This document shows, piece by piece, positions 36,401 through 45,626 of a stretch of 64,000 bases of DNA (its first letter is position 1; each line of letters starts with the position of its first letter). Under the pieces are notes generated by a model, which saw only the letters and a list, made by a program, of their open reading frames with translations, ran no database searches and had not been told where the DNA came from. The stretch lies in the IMG/VR virus record IMGVR_UViG_3300025096_000011; one strand, given 5' to 3'. The stretch is from an uncultured virus (IMG/VR IMGVR_UViG_3300025096_000011). Its lineage: Duplodnaviria; Heunggongvirae; Uroviricota; Caudoviricetes. Both the position numbers and the translations under genes were made by a program.

Positions 36401-38488
36401 AGATGGATGTAGAGCAAGCGCCCTTGGGCCAATGCTTGAGTCGCTAACTATAGACGCATCAATGATCGCAAGTTTTTGAACAAACTCGCCATCGATCATT
36501 TCGGGGTTATTTTTCGCTAAAAGGTGGGCTGCTTCCATGTCAAGAACATCAAGAAGATCGGCTAAGCCGCCTGCTTCTTTGAACTCACTACGCAATGTTG
36601 CTTCGAGTTCTGACGCCTTTTCGTAGTCTTCTGCGCCCCGTGCGACTGAGAGATCCGCCAGAAGCTGACTACCTCTCTTGGCAGCACGGTTTGTCGTTAC
36701 TACGTCGAGCAGCTTCGATGATAGTTTAGCCACTCCACCCGCGCCGACCAATAGGTCAGGAGTCAGAATGGTTATTAAGCCACCACCGATAAACGCGATG
36801 GTCTTGGTTGCCGCGTTCTTCTCAGCAAACTCACTATCAATCGCTGCCTCAAACGGATTACGTCGAGCCTCCATGCCCTCAACGGCACCTTCAAGCCTGT
36901 CACCTTCGGCAGATAGAGCACCCACACCAGCCGATGCTGCCATGTCGATTAGGTTGAGAAAGTAGAGTAGTGGGTTTTCTTCTCTGACCACAAGTTCTGT
37001 TTTATTGCCGACCTTCCGAATACCGACAACTTCAACAGTTGGCTTGAGCGCGTCGAAGAACCGATCAGATAGATCTTTGTCGGCTGCGGACTCCAGTAGT
37101 TCTTCTTCCGGCATGATAATCGGGCCAGTCCACATACCGACTGTCTTGAGCGCAACTATCTCTCTAACGGATCTATCCCTGAACTTACGCTCCATTTCAG
37201 CGTAACCTTCACTGGCAGGTGTGAGATTGTTCTTCTTGAGATACTGTTGAGTACGGCTGTCCGCGTACTTCTTAGCCCCGTTGTAGTGCTCACTAAACGC
37301 ATCGACAACCTTAGACGCCTCATCGTCATTCATTATCGCGTCAGCAATCAATGAAGCCGCTTGATACATCTGCTCATCTGGCTTCGCTACATCAGCAAAG
37401 TCAACAGCCTGACCTCCCAGGAACGGCATCGCCTCGCCTGGATTGTAGACATCGTCGCCAAACTCGTCCAATAAGACTGTGTGATCGCCAGTCTCTCGAA
37501 ACTCTGCTACCGCTTTCTCTATACCAAGTGCCCCTCGTTTCTTTCGCGCAGCACGTTGCTCGGGGTCCAAGAACGCGTATACCCCACGGTCTTTGGCTTC
37601 TTGGATGACCTCTTCTGCGGGCCGACCTTTCCTGCTGACTTCGTCTACCATGTACCCAAGTGAGATACCTTGCACCCCTGCTGCTTCTCGGAGACGTTTT
37701 ACGTCAATGCCTATCTCTTGGGCATGCCGTTCAATCTTTTTTGGAATACTGGACTCTTTATCTCTCCCAGCAGTAACTTCTCTGCGAGCAAACTCAAGAC
37801 TGGTCAGCAGTGTAGGTATCTCAAGCTTAAAGTCTGGTTGGAGGTGTTCGGGTGTCTCTCTCGGCCCAGGTCCGACACTGAAGTATTGTGGGTAAGCTTT
37901 GCTTGGATTTATACGAACAAACTTACCGCCGCTTTCAATCTTGCCCGTCTCAAGGTGTAGGTGAGGTCCAGTCGCGCGTCCGGTGTCACCGGCAAACATA
38001 ATAGGCTGACCCTTTTCTACTTGAGTACCAACCTCAATGTCTTCAGGAAACCTACTGGCGTGCATGTACCGAGTTTCCATACCTGTGTCGTCACGTACAT
38101 AAACACGCAGTCCGCCTCCGTCGCCATCTTCTTCTTTAACTATCTTAGTGACAGTCCCTGATGAAAGGGATGGAACCGGCTGACCTATAGGCATCGCAAT
38201 ATCAATGCCCTGGTGCGGCCGTGTACGCTTCTCAGACATTTCGCCGTAGTCGCTGGTGATTCGAGGTGCCTCGGGACGTTCTATCGGAGGCCGCTCTATC
38301 GGTTTCGGCGGCTCAATCTCAGGCACTTTAATCTCAGGCACCTCAACTGGTTCTGGTTCATCGTATCCTTGAGCCACACGCTCATCGAATAGAGTCGCAG
38401 CCTCTTCGGATGACACATTCAGACTACTGGAAAGCTTGTTAATCTGCTCTTGACGAATATCGGGGTCGATGTAGATGCCGTTTGCCAT
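30431..38488 (-). CDS. large polyvalent internal virion/ejection protein (M23 peptidase, GNAT-like, zincin-like and LPD-type domains)
   Basis: 2685 aa; HQGID...YMH...HLH (M23), LPPNLRGQGIG (GNAT motif A), HELLH, EEKWARGFESYL, LFDY...FPFW. Confidence 0.85.
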   Translation of the reverse strand: MANGIYIDPDIRQEQINKLSSSLNVSSEEAATLFDERVAQGYDEPEPVEVPEIKVPEIEPPKPIERPPIERPEAPRITSDYGEMSEKRTRPHQGIDIAMPIGQPVPSLSSGTVTKIVKEEDGDGGGLRVYVRDDTGMETRYMHASRFPEDIEVGTQVEKGQPIMFAGDTGRATGPHLHLETGKIESGGKFVRINPSKAYPQYFSVGPGPRETPEHLQPDFKLEIPTLLTSLEFARREVTAGRDKESSIPKKIERHAQEIGIDVKRLREAAGVQGISLGYMVDEVSRKGRPAEEVIQEAKDRGVYAFLDPEQRAARKKRGALGIEKAVAEFRETGDHTVLLDEFGDDVYNPGEAMPFLGGQAVDFADVAKPDEQMYQAASLIADAIMNDDEASKVVDAFSEHYNGAKKYADSRTQQYLKKNNLTPASEGYAEMERKFRDRSVREIVALKTVGMWTGPIIMPEEELLESAADKDLSDRFFDALKPTVEVVGIRKVGNKTELVVREENPLLYFLNLIDMAASAGVGALSAEGDRLEGAVEGMEARRNPFEAAIDSEFAEKNAATKTIAFIGGGLITILTPDLLVGAGGVAKLSSKLLDVVTTNRAAKRGSQLLADLSVARGAEDYEKASELEATLRSEFKEAGGLADLLDVLDMEAAHLLAKNNPEMIDGEFVQKLAIIDASIVSDSSIGPRALALHPSFRKPRLTATEGNKGAMGVGYGGEGGGLYETQDILDELNAAKNEILASGTGGKLTQLQTASGKNVQKLERLVEAVDDPEGAQFIARLKDSLADAIDDPKAWRHRFHGDGNLESELAQITALRGPTQEQITEATNYARRFPAPEAEEVLRKLQTEAKLAKGRRKKIHKLLVKIETKAKNVEDPLVIVDRAIETVRANNEARGIAAKLLSETLSGSRKLKPVTGDPRIALPKGAVELSGEANVLANKLGDAYDVTDEQARALASIMDARARAWGTANGKPARDYFNQNISKIVKGEDVKKPLFEMNEVEGGLVEITTKEIKDADGFGLMFRVQDDVLSVKTVELPPNLRGQGIGAALYGRALQHAKSLGKGFASDVSPSPDAINVYEKLIKRGAPIRRRQVDLPDGTSTRQYIVSADDLAKANLKGLETITPKASEVVAEQVTKTEQVLGIRNLDRAGFESKIKELKTGKAVARFLASDAENASDRMIAFRIIPYLDDVTVTVVNDGVRAPSRIAQTFKYSTASGLSQIDSKTKGARVFLRGIDIGNNGISAETVLHELLHAVTQRRIKDGLLIANQGTELSKAVIALNDLTRVVIKEWEAAKYPVVPGNLNMDELLAWGLSNKEFQDWLQTIKVGEQTAFNKFVQVIADLLGIPRGETNALSEVLRLTDDILRAPIEDLPKTKFLGKGDDVTVEVAAAEMATTRMMPPAVEIASDGRAVLNAFVQPTLTGAIRGMAHVFRRDIDPNDLKVIEEWCGVKNGRWTEIAEEKWARGFESYLAEGIVPNDAVQTVFNKFKVWITEAYRGVIGSPVDEQVPDNIRRVMDRLLTEQPPAEPPFKRTLEAMSLGSTSQIVETDVDPLMELAKAARSQGLRNSEPKLILSSLEQNGAVVFTKPVEINGVRKKVWTEEDIAELQLNMESKSRIAKQMEDAPEISLRDVPKAEAAEAIDEKILAAVGGDDALRRTARLAVYTVLGGDNVGVVMRRLRPEHRHSAEAASRSAEQAIGDAITHVSETGSKGGMERLFQFLGGVKTKFRAGRDALSSGEDFIGLSMLTMQNTIQSLAKVKTTVKGPDGKKKTLLDFLGDMAEATDGPEGFKKGYEAFMSVGSNKQAMSKVFDALGDKGNQMFADLMESFYQGQKKRPEEAQYLKLMMEATGLHIGQVTDLKGVERAQAMFEGIEDIYGREGALRASVLLAAHGQAARSRTIWSGLGLAIDQDTMKAWRSWLNGETIDSDMIPKMHEMLRNYGMRPEFVDDAVMEAGFYIPRAAREKLTEVLAKAKVIEDPEKMTSLQEVGSFVKFIYTYMKTRMTRGGFFVRQRYFLMNTVDHFSQMAMVSGYRPALASTVRVATQNVMVLPGVAHTLGLIDKVGGAQTAENLRRVLQSGGDAAANAVGRMLNVSKYRIEVNPILEGVARDGSRTFRLVDPKTGQARFYNYDDIRRIAVEEGIFASFDTRELQRSIKTGMRVEADAFFKNTDGIGSAAGRRVKETLGFFTDNVAKTAEAWSERERIGALVTLMETGMEPRQAARLVIDGLFDYAGSMSKFDRHMIVSSLFPFWAFQKNANRLILRQLATPAGAYRMGVLRRSYTTSAEAITELLYERVADPYGLDAERMPPELQDKYYFLRNMIENGYGPLEDLKNHPEGSVIIETIEEDYGPIESIDPEKRKILEQGYGGYANTPRDMRDALRLYFAGNADGFVEELESKGEAGQMVSLAGKLRERMHQIQPMTEAGETFSDFYNAKPGESARRNFHRDRVGVSLKPAMTEDTRKFLRMVRNDPVTGFNDVYLDILYPDSTIYAGLRHAAAVIALPIIGLRAMFVDEDTNIKNAMIRSALDMMGDPLDSPLPNLIASAFTERDSRPRRLNVDLAKDLRGLKNMGVPLPTITIIPGVRDEFAPEGEQVIEKERAYMSGGTGSMLFALTPLGELNDIMARLEKAPIQERMGIQGELLQWAEVLLGLQVVETSRQVSAKADAPKFDMITSTPPIPK

Positions 38489-38500
38489 TTAACCTTCCAA

Positions 38501-39349
38501 CTATTGGGCGCGTCGAGAACGTTCAGGGTCAAACTCTGTGGGCTCACCTTCAAGTTTCTTCTTTTCTTCCTGTAGCATTTTCTTCTTGACCGGTAGATCG
38601 CCAAGTGTTTTGACTCGAATAGACTCCAACGCCTTACTTAGGTTACCCAAGTTTTCTATTTGCTGACCCAACTCGTCAATCTCTTCGCTCAAACCAGTGA
38701 TTCTTGTGGTCTGCCCCGCAGTATAACCTCGATGGGCGTAACCCCTTCGACCCTTTGGTTGGCGCCTAATCTCAGCCAGTTCGCGGATCTTGCTTTTTCG
38801 TTTTGCGTCTGCCTTGCCCGAGTCGTCCTCTACTTGCTTCTGTTTTGCTGCAACACGCGCTGCGGCGACGAACACATTTACAGGATCGTCGTCCTTACCA
38901 AACCCGGTCAATATCGGTACAGTGCTCTTACCCGCACCACCCGCAAGTGGCGTTGTTACTTGTTCTTCTGCCGCACGTATAGCTTCAGCGCCTTTCGCCT
39001 TTGCGCCTTCCAAGCGACCTCTCATGACGGCGGTGTCGCCTGGACCGGCTGATTCTGCTGCGGCTTCGGCAAAAGCAGCGTCCAGTTCAGCTTTCTTTCG
39101 TGCGTCACTTACAAGAGTTTCGTAGCCCATGGCACGTTCGGTCGCTTCTTCTACTACGTTTGAAGGCGCCGAAGTCTTCGTAACTGGTGGTGGAGTACCT
39201 ACTGGTGGTGGGTCATCTACCGGTGGTGGGTCACCTGTCGGTGCAGCTTCCACAGCCGGCGTAACTTCCGTAGGCGGTGCTTCCTGTACCTGCGCACGCG
39301 CTTGCTCGGCAAGTGCCTCCATTTCTCCAGGTTCAAATAATGACGACAT
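38501..39349 (-). CDS. putative internal virion protein
   Basis: Ala/Glu/Pro-rich helical protein in the ejection-protein block. Confidence 0.6.
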   Translation of the reverse strand: MSSLFEPGEMEALAEQARAQVQEAPPTEVTPAVEAAPTGDPPPVDDPPPVGTPPPVTKTSAPSNVVEEATERAMGYETLVSDARKKAELDAAFAEAAAESAGPGDTAVMRGRLEGAKAKGAEAIRAAEEQVTTPLAGGAGKSTVPILTGFGKDDDPVNVFVAAARVAAKQKQVEDDSGKADAKRKSKIRELAEIRRQPKGRRGYAHRGYTAGQTTRITGLSEEIDELGQQIENLGNLSKALESIRVKTLGDLPVKKKMLQEEKKKLEGEPTEFDPERSRRAQ

Positions 39350-39354
39350 ACTAC

Positions 39355-39693
39355 TTACCCACTCTGTTCGACTTCGATCTGACCCGTACCCTTACCAAAT
39401 GTTATCTCGGAAGGATCAGACACGTTCTTATTAGGATTCTTCTTCCACCACTTACGCTTATCGTCCTTGTCGTCCTTTTCTTTCTTGCCCCCGCCTTGGC
39501 TTATGCGTTGACCAACAGCGGCAGCACCCTCACTGAAACCTTCGTCACCGAAACCTGGCATAGACTCTTCCTGTATCTTTTCAGTCCTTGCTTTCGCACG
39601 CTCAGTTGCTTTGGTGTACGACGCTGTCGATGCCTCACTCAAACCCAGCATCCCACGTATGGCACCTTCAATAACGCTACGTTGATCAGCCAT
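39355..39693 (-). CDS. hypothetical protein
   Basis: TAATG-coupled, GGAG RBS. Confidence 0.6.
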   Translation of the reverse strand: MADQRSVIEGAIRGMLGLSEASTASYTKATERAKARTEKIQEESMPGFGDEGFSEGAAAVGQRISQGGGKKEKDDKDDKRKWWKKNPNKNVSDPSEITFGKGTGQIEVEQSG

Positions 39694-42600
39694 TACGCAA
39701 CTCCCGATTGGTCCATTTCATAAATGACGTCCTGAATCTGGCGCATCTTCTCTACGAGTGATTTCGCTTCAGCTTTATCTTTGTCACTGAGACTTGGAAC
39801 CATAGTATCAGGTCCGGCCTTTGCGGTTTCTGTCGGTGACGCGGGACTTGGTTGCCCCTTGTCGCTCTCTTGGCGCTTCTTACTCTCAGCACTCTCTCTG
39901 CCTTGAAGGGCAGCAAGTATCTGAGCACGCTGTTTGTCTTGAGCACCAGTCGGCCCCTTCGCAGCTTCGGGCTTGAGGCTTGGACCGCCTTGGGGGTCTA
40001 TGACTTCAGGCCCCGTCGACTGAAACTGTATGTTAAAGGCATCATCTTCATCATTGGTACCCTCTACCGTCTGAGTCTCTGTAGGCGGAGTAACGCCTGT
40101 TGCGTCAATACCTTCGCCTGCGGCAGCTTGTTGGGCGATTTGAGTATCTTTTTTCCGCTTGTCTTCTTCTTCTTCTTTGCGCTTCTCTGCCGCTACCGCA
40201 CGCTTTTGCTCTATCTCCAGTTCGGTTGGTGTGGCTGGCGTAGCGAGTAAGCCTGCGACTGTTTGGTCGCCCGTGGCTTGCTCTTGGGCCAAACGCACAG
40301 TTTCGTCGGCTCTGCCTTCCAGATTTGTCGGCGTTCTTTCAGCTTCAGCGATAGCTGCTTGACCTTCGAGCGTACTTTCCAGTGCATCTGCTTGATCCAA
40401 CCTTTCGCGGGCTTCTGCGGCAAGACGGGCCTGTTCGTTGGTTGCCGCAATACCGGTGTCTTCCTCAGACTCTTGCGCAATAGCCGTATCTGTTTCTCGC
40501 TGTTGTCTAATACGTTCAGCCGTCGCCCGATCTCGTTCAGCGTCACTTAGTACAGCGTCAGCTTCTTCTTGCGTCGGTGCCGTTTCCGCAGATGCTCTTT
40601 GTCGCTTCCCGAGCAGTCTTCGTAGTGTCGCCGCAGCACGCGCCTGCACTCCTTGGGCTTGAGTTTTGGGATCTAACGGTGGTTCTTCAACACCCTCTAA
40701 ACCTGCGATAGCCTCTTGTTGTTCTGCCTCTACACGCTCTGCTGCCGCACGCTCTGCTTCTATACGGTTTGCTTCGGCTAAAGCTGCCGCTGCTTCCGCT
40801 TGTTGACGTGCGACTATTTGGTCAGGGTGCTCACCCTCTCGCCTTAGCTGAGCGTCAGCGAAAGCCTGCGTAGGATCACCAGAAGCGACAATGTCAGGTA
40901 TGTCGGCAAGTACCGATGAATACTCATCAGCCATTGGAGTTACTTTGAACTCGCGATCGGCCATACGTGCATCGAAGTCTTCGCGTGCTAGGGCCCGCTC
41001 TTGCTTTGTTGAGCCAAGATACTCAGTGACCCAAATGGCCATCGAGTCGGGGCCAATGTCGACACCCTCAGTCTGTGTGTACTTGTCGAGCGTTTTTTGC
41101 GCGCGATCCAGGTAGCCTGCTTCCGTTTGCGCCAGGGCAATAAGCGGAAGATACTTGGGGTCGTTATCTGATAGTTCGTAGGCTCTATTGAGTCTTCTCA
41201 GATATGCCGTAGGGTCAGCACTGATTCTGCTCAGTGACAAGTCTTCGGCCAGATCACTCGCTTCAGCAAGTACAGCACCCCTTTCGGCAATGCTTGTGAC
41301 ATCAACATCTTCACCCGTCACTATGTCAGTACGTGACCGAGGCTCATCTGTATCAACTTCTTCTTCACCGGGTGCGGGTTTCGTCGTGGTAGTTGTGGGC
41401 GCATCAACAAGTTCAGCAGCATCAGTAACATCACCGTCATCAGTCAACTCAGCGCCGGTTACGCGCGCAGCGGGGTCAGCCTTTCTTGCAAGCTTGCGCT
41501 CGATCTTTGATAGCGTTTCCCCGGACTTACGGACTACTTTTTGGGCTGCGACCATTTCTGCGTATGCGTCTTTGCGTTCTTGGCTATCTTCCGCAGCTTC
41601 GTTAAACCGTTTTGTCGCAGCCTCTCTGTCTTGACGCGCAATGTCCAACGCATCCTGAGCAAGCTGACGGTCTTCTTGCGCTGCTTCGGCGGCGCGTTCT
41701 TGTGTGATTGCACTCGCTTCGGCCCTATCAGGCTTCAAGTCAGGACCAGTGATCTTGCCTTGCAGCTTATCGAACACATTGAGTTTGGTGCTGCCGTACT
41801 CTCTTGTCATCACACCATTGACCATCTTCTCTTCGTATTCGATCTCGGAAGTATCTTGTGCTTTTTCCGCGATACGGGTCTGCCGACGACTACCTAAGAA
41901 GTTGGCGAAGTCCTTGAAGTTGGTGTCCGACTTTGTCTGGTAGGACTTCAAGTTCTTTATTTCGGTGGGGTCAATACGAAACTCTAAGTTGGTCGACACG
42001 TCGATGTAGCTTCGATGGTTCTGACCGCCTTGTCCGTGGTACACGTCCATCGCATCGGTCTTGAGTCGACGTGCTGTTACAGTGCGTGTAGCAGCCGCAG
42101 GAGGTGAGTCTACGACACTGATTTTTAGGTCACCGTACTCTGAGTTGAGTGCCTGCCGATCTTCGTCAGTAGCCGTAGAGAAGTCAACAGCACCCACATC
42201 TGCCAAGTCTTCTGCTTGCAGATAGCGAGTAGCGTTTCCTTCGGCATCGCGGAGAACCAGTCCGAGGTCACCTGCTTTGGGTACCCATGTTTTAGGTCCC
42301 TCGGCTCTTTCATAGTAAGCGCCGTTAATCGGTTTACCGGTTTCACCATCGACTTCGTAGTATACCGGGTTGGCTTCACTACCTGCCTTTAGATAGGCTT
42401 TCCCGTCATCCCCCACACCAACTTTTACTGTTGGCCTTACATAGCGTGAGAGATAGTCGCGTGACTCACCTTCCGTGACGTACCGCTCAATGCCGTCTTC
42501 ATCGGTTGAGATTACCCACTTACCGTCAGAGTGCTTGAACCGCTCTACCGTTGCGGGGTCAACCACCATATCAAAGACGTGGATTTCATTCGTGCGTGAA

Positions 42601-43754
42601 CTTGGACCCAAGAGACGACTGTGCCTGTTGGGGTTCGTTGATTGGTGCTCAAACTGGTTCATTGCCCGGATAGTTTTCGCTCCAGGGGCAAAGGTCGATA
42701 TAATGGCTCGATTGTTTTCATCGTATCTTACGTAGCCAATATCATCTTCGGTATAGCCATTGTCTTTGGCCCACTGCCGGAAGTTGTCTCGACCAATCAC
42801 ATCTGCGATTCGACCACGAATGATTGCGTCTTCGCTTGCTGGTCCAGTGCCGGCGCTAAGCTGTGCATCCATTTTGGCTAAACGCGCCTCAAGGATTTTA
42901 AGCGTCTCATTTTCTTTATCGATCTTTGCGATTCGAGCACTGACAGTGGCTTTGTCGGTACCCATGTCCATGCCTTCAACGAGTTCCGCTGACTTGGCTG
43001 TACTTAGCTGTAGTTGTCTTTGAAGGTCGGCAACTGTGTCTACGTCACTTTGTTTTGCCTTATCAAGTGCTGCAAGTAACTTTGCCTGGGTCGCATCTTC
43101 TGCGTCGAGTTGTGCTACTAAGTTTCTTTGAGCATCATCAGCAGTCTTCGCACGCTGCACAAACAGCTTCATTGATTGGTAAGTTGCTTGATTGTCTTTC
43201 AAGCTTTCCAATACTTTCGGGTTGCGAAAATCGATATTTTGTTCCGCTGCCCAATCCAATACTTTTGTGTATGCGCTTGACGGTATTCCACCGTACTCAC
43301 CTTCAGCCGTAAGAGATCCAGCTATGGCAGTCGCTAATCTGTCGGCTGCTCCCTTAGTTGCTATCGTAGTTGAGAGTTCTGCTTCCAGCTTAGAGACGGC
43401 GGCGTCAAAACCGCGTGCGCGACTTGTCTCAACTCTAGCGCGGGCAGCGATTGTTGCTGACTTTACTCGGGCACCTGCACTACGAATCTGCCCCTTTTCT
43501 GTCACTGATATTCGAGCGAGGTCTGCGCTGTGCTTACGCAAAGAGTCTCGCTCTTTGAACGCAAGACGCATTTCTTCCAGTTCCCTGCGAGCCTCATCAC
43601 GATCTTCGCCATCGTGCCACTTACGAATCGACTCAGCTATTTCCCGGTACGTTCGCATAAACTCCGGGTTTTGGGACTGGTCCTTAGACGTATCCATGCC
43701 CCGAGACTTAAAGTAGTTCAAGATCAGTGTTGATGTGATTTGAGACTGTGACAT
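39693..43754 (-). CDS. large putative internal virion/ejection protein
   Basis: 1353 aa, Ala/Glu-rich coiled coils around a globular core; AGGA RBS. Confidence 0.7.
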   Translation of the reverse strand: MSQSQITSTLILNYFKSRGMDTSKDQSQNPEFMRTYREIAESIRKWHDGEDRDEARRELEEMRLAFKERDSLRKHSADLARISVTEKGQIRSAGARVKSATIAARARVETSRARGFDAAVSKLEAELSTTIATKGAADRLATAIAGSLTAEGEYGGIPSSAYTKVLDWAAEQNIDFRNPKVLESLKDNQATYQSMKLFVQRAKTADDAQRNLVAQLDAEDATQAKLLAALDKAKQSDVDTVADLQRQLQLSTAKSAELVEGMDMGTDKATVSARIAKIDKENETLKILEARLAKMDAQLSAGTGPASEDAIIRGRIADVIGRDNFRQWAKDNGYTEDDIGYVRYDENNRAIISTFAPGAKTIRAMNQFEHQSTNPNRHSRLLGPSSRTNEIHVFDMVVDPATVERFKHSDGKWVISTDEDGIERYVTEGESRDYLSRYVRPTVKVGVGDDGKAYLKAGSEANPVYYEVDGETGKPINGAYYERAEGPKTWVPKAGDLGLVLRDAEGNATRYLQAEDLADVGAVDFSTATDEDRQALNSEYGDLKISVVDSPPAAATRTVTARRLKTDAMDVYHGQGGQNHRSYIDVSTNLEFRIDPTEIKNLKSYQTKSDTNFKDFANFLGSRRQTRIAEKAQDTSEIEYEEKMVNGVMTREYGSTKLNVFDKLQGKITGPDLKPDRAEASAITQERAAEAAQEDRQLAQDALDIARQDREAATKRFNEAAEDSQERKDAYAEMVAAQKVVRKSGETLSKIERKLARKADPAARVTGAELTDDGDVTDAAELVDAPTTTTTKPAPGEEEVDTDEPRSRTDIVTGEDVDVTSIAERGAVLAEASDLAEDLSLSRISADPTAYLRRLNRAYELSDNDPKYLPLIALAQTEAGYLDRAQKTLDKYTQTEGVDIGPDSMAIWVTEYLGSTKQERALAREDFDARMADREFKVTPMADEYSSVLADIPDIVASGDPTQAFADAQLRREGEHPDQIVARQQAEAAAALAEANRIEAERAAAERVEAEQQEAIAGLEGVEEPPLDPKTQAQGVQARAAATLRRLLGKRQRASAETAPTQEEADAVLSDAERDRATAERIRQQRETDTAIAQESEEDTGIAATNEQARLAAEARERLDQADALESTLEGQAAIAEAERTPTNLEGRADETVRLAQEQATGDQTVAGLLATPATPTELEIEQKRAVAAEKRKEEEEDKRKKDTQIAQQAAAGEGIDATGVTPPTETQTVEGTNDEDDAFNIQFQSTGPEVIDPQGGPSLKPEAAKGPTGAQDKQRAQILAALQGRESAESKKRQESDKGQPSPASPTETAKAGPDTMVPSLSDKDKAEAKSLVEKMRQIQDVIYEMDQSGVA

Positions 43755-43765
43755 CTTACTTCCTG

Positions 43766-44506
43766 CTACTTAGCTGTAGGGTTTACATTTTGCTGCGTCT
43801 GTACGTACTTCGTTGTGCCGGTACCGGTACCAGCACCTGCGCCTTGGTAGTAACCACCCGCAGCGGCTACGCCACCAGCGGCGCCGCCTGCGAATGTGGA
43901 GCCCGCCAATGCGGCTGTTTGCTGCATCTGAGCAAGCCTGGATTGGGCTGCGGGTAGTACGACACCTTGAGCCCCTTGCTTGCGAGCAAGAGCCAACTGA
44001 GCCGACTGTGATTCGATGTCTGATCTTGCTGCCGCACCTGCCTGCAACATTGCTTCACGCAGTTTGGTATCTTGGATAGCTTCGATACCAGAGCGTACTG
44101 GACCACGCACGTCTCGCGCTCTCATCTGTTGGTCTTCAAGCTGACGTTTCTGCGACCGTGCTTGCTCAAGTGCCATGGTTACAGCTTTACGCTTCTGACC
44201 CTCAGTGAGTCCGAGTTCTTCAAGCGGAGTCTTGGCAATCTTCGCCTGCTCTTTGAGGATGGCAGCTTCTGCTTTACCTATGTCGCTCTCTTCGTACTTC
44301 TTTCGGGCGACGTGCTGACCAAGTAGTTGTGCGCCACCCGACAGGGCGCCCATCGCAATACCCGCAGCAATAATAGTTAGCGGCTCAGCGTACACCACTC
44401 CATCAGCGCCGACTTCAAACGGGGCACCAAAAACCCAACAAATCACAAAGAGGCAAGCAAGCAACGCATATTGCCAGGGCTTTAGTCGCGGAAAAAACAA
44501 GTCCAT
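43766..44506 (-). CDS. pilot/ejection-like membrane-interacting protein
   Basis: ATG 44506 after AAGGAG; hydrophobic N-terminus, Gly/Ala-rich segments and coiled coil; follows the tail genes. Confidence 0.6.
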   Translation of the reverse strand: MDLFFPRLKPWQYALLACLFVICWVFGAPFEVGADGVVYAEPLTIIAAGIAMGALSGGAQLLGQHVARKKYEESDIGKAEAAILKEQAKIAKTPLEELGLTEGQKRKAVTMALEQARSQKRQLEDQQMRARDVRGPVRSGIEAIQDTKLREAMLQAGAAARSDIESQSAQLALARKQGAQGVVLPAAQSRLAQMQQTAALAGSTFAGGAAGGVAAAGGYYQGAGAGTGTGTTKYVQTQQNVNPTAK

Positions 44507-44522
44507 TTTGCTCCTTTGACGG

Positions 44523-45626
44523 CTACGTCTGTTCCGGTTGTTTGTATGCAACTACCGTAAGGTTATCAGACTCACCCGTCTCTTTCTTTGCTTTCAGGAT
44601 AAGTTTTTCACCTTTTTCAGTTGACATATATACTACGGTCGTTCGTTGGAGTAGTCGAAGTTTGAAGTACAAAGTCAGCCTATCTGTATTACTGCTCTCT
44701 TCGCGGCCCCAAGAGTCTACGGTGACACGCGAAGTCACAGGTCTCGAAGTAGTTTGTACACCTACGTGACCCTGAATAGAGAATATCTGTGGTCCCCGAA
44801 AAGACAGAACTCGCGCATTACGTATTCCGCATAAAAGCCGCGTCCCAACTTCTACATCTGTGTCAACAAGCTGGTTACCGCGCTTGATCGTTGACTCCAT
44901 ACCAAAGGTGGCGTCACCTAGTCGGTACTCGATATGGGCTTCGTGCCATCCAGCAGACAGATATGCTACGTGGTGCATTGATTTATAGAACCCTTGGGTA
45001 ACTTCGTGCGTGCGTACGTCACCCTTAATATCTTCTCTGTCTGCAAGTTCTAGCTTAGGTACAGTATGTGCTGGGCTCATTTGAGCGCTAAATGGTAGTC
45101 CGCGTTCCATTACAGGTGTGCTATCAACTACCAACCGTAACCTTGCGGGCGTGGAGGTCACAATCCTCCTATCAGCCGCGTCCATAGTACCCCCATCATG
45201 GTCCCACACGTAGAAAGGGCGCCAGATAGATAGGTAAGTTGATATGTCGATGTGGCTGACACTTGGGTAGGGCAAGAAAAACTTGATTGATGTACCTGCA
45301 ATCGTTCCATATCTTTCGGGGTGGTGCGCATGGCTATACGGAGTACCGCCAGCGGGAGTGCTTTGGCTAAAGTATTCGACAGTCAGCAGAGAAGCGGTAC
45401 CGAAAGACTTTGACATTAACGTCGGCCACACATGCGATTTATGTACCGGCCAGTTTCTTTCACCAGGACCTGTAAGGGCAAACGAGCCATCACCTAAGCG
45501 CCCATTCAACGAACCATAGATACTATTTTCAGGTTGATTAGGCGAATACAGATTGACGGCGTGTTTTTCCGTGTCGAAAACACTGCCTTCGCTATAGATC
45601 GCGGTATCGTGCAGAGTAAAACTCAT
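44523..45626 (-). CDS. putative tail protein
   Basis: 367 aa beta-rich, ATGA-coupled. Confidence 0.55.
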   Translation of the reverse strand: MSFTLHDTAIYSEGSVFDTEKHAVNLYSPNQPENSIYGSLNGRLGDGSFALTGPGERNWPVHKSHVWPTLMSKSFGTASLLTVEYFSQSTPAGGTPYSHAHHPERYGTIAGTSIKFFLPYPSVSHIDISTYLSIWRPFYVWDHDGGTMDAADRRIVTSTPARLRLVVDSTPVMERGLPFSAQMSPAHTVPKLELADREDIKGDVRTHEVTQGFYKSMHHVAYLSAGWHEAHIEYRLGDATFGMESTIKRGNQLVDTDVEVGTRLLCGIRNARVLSFRGPQIFSIQGHVGVQTTSRPVTSRVTVDSWGREESSNTDRLTLYFKLRLLQRTTVVYMSTEKGEKLILKAKKETGESDNLTVVAYKQPEQT

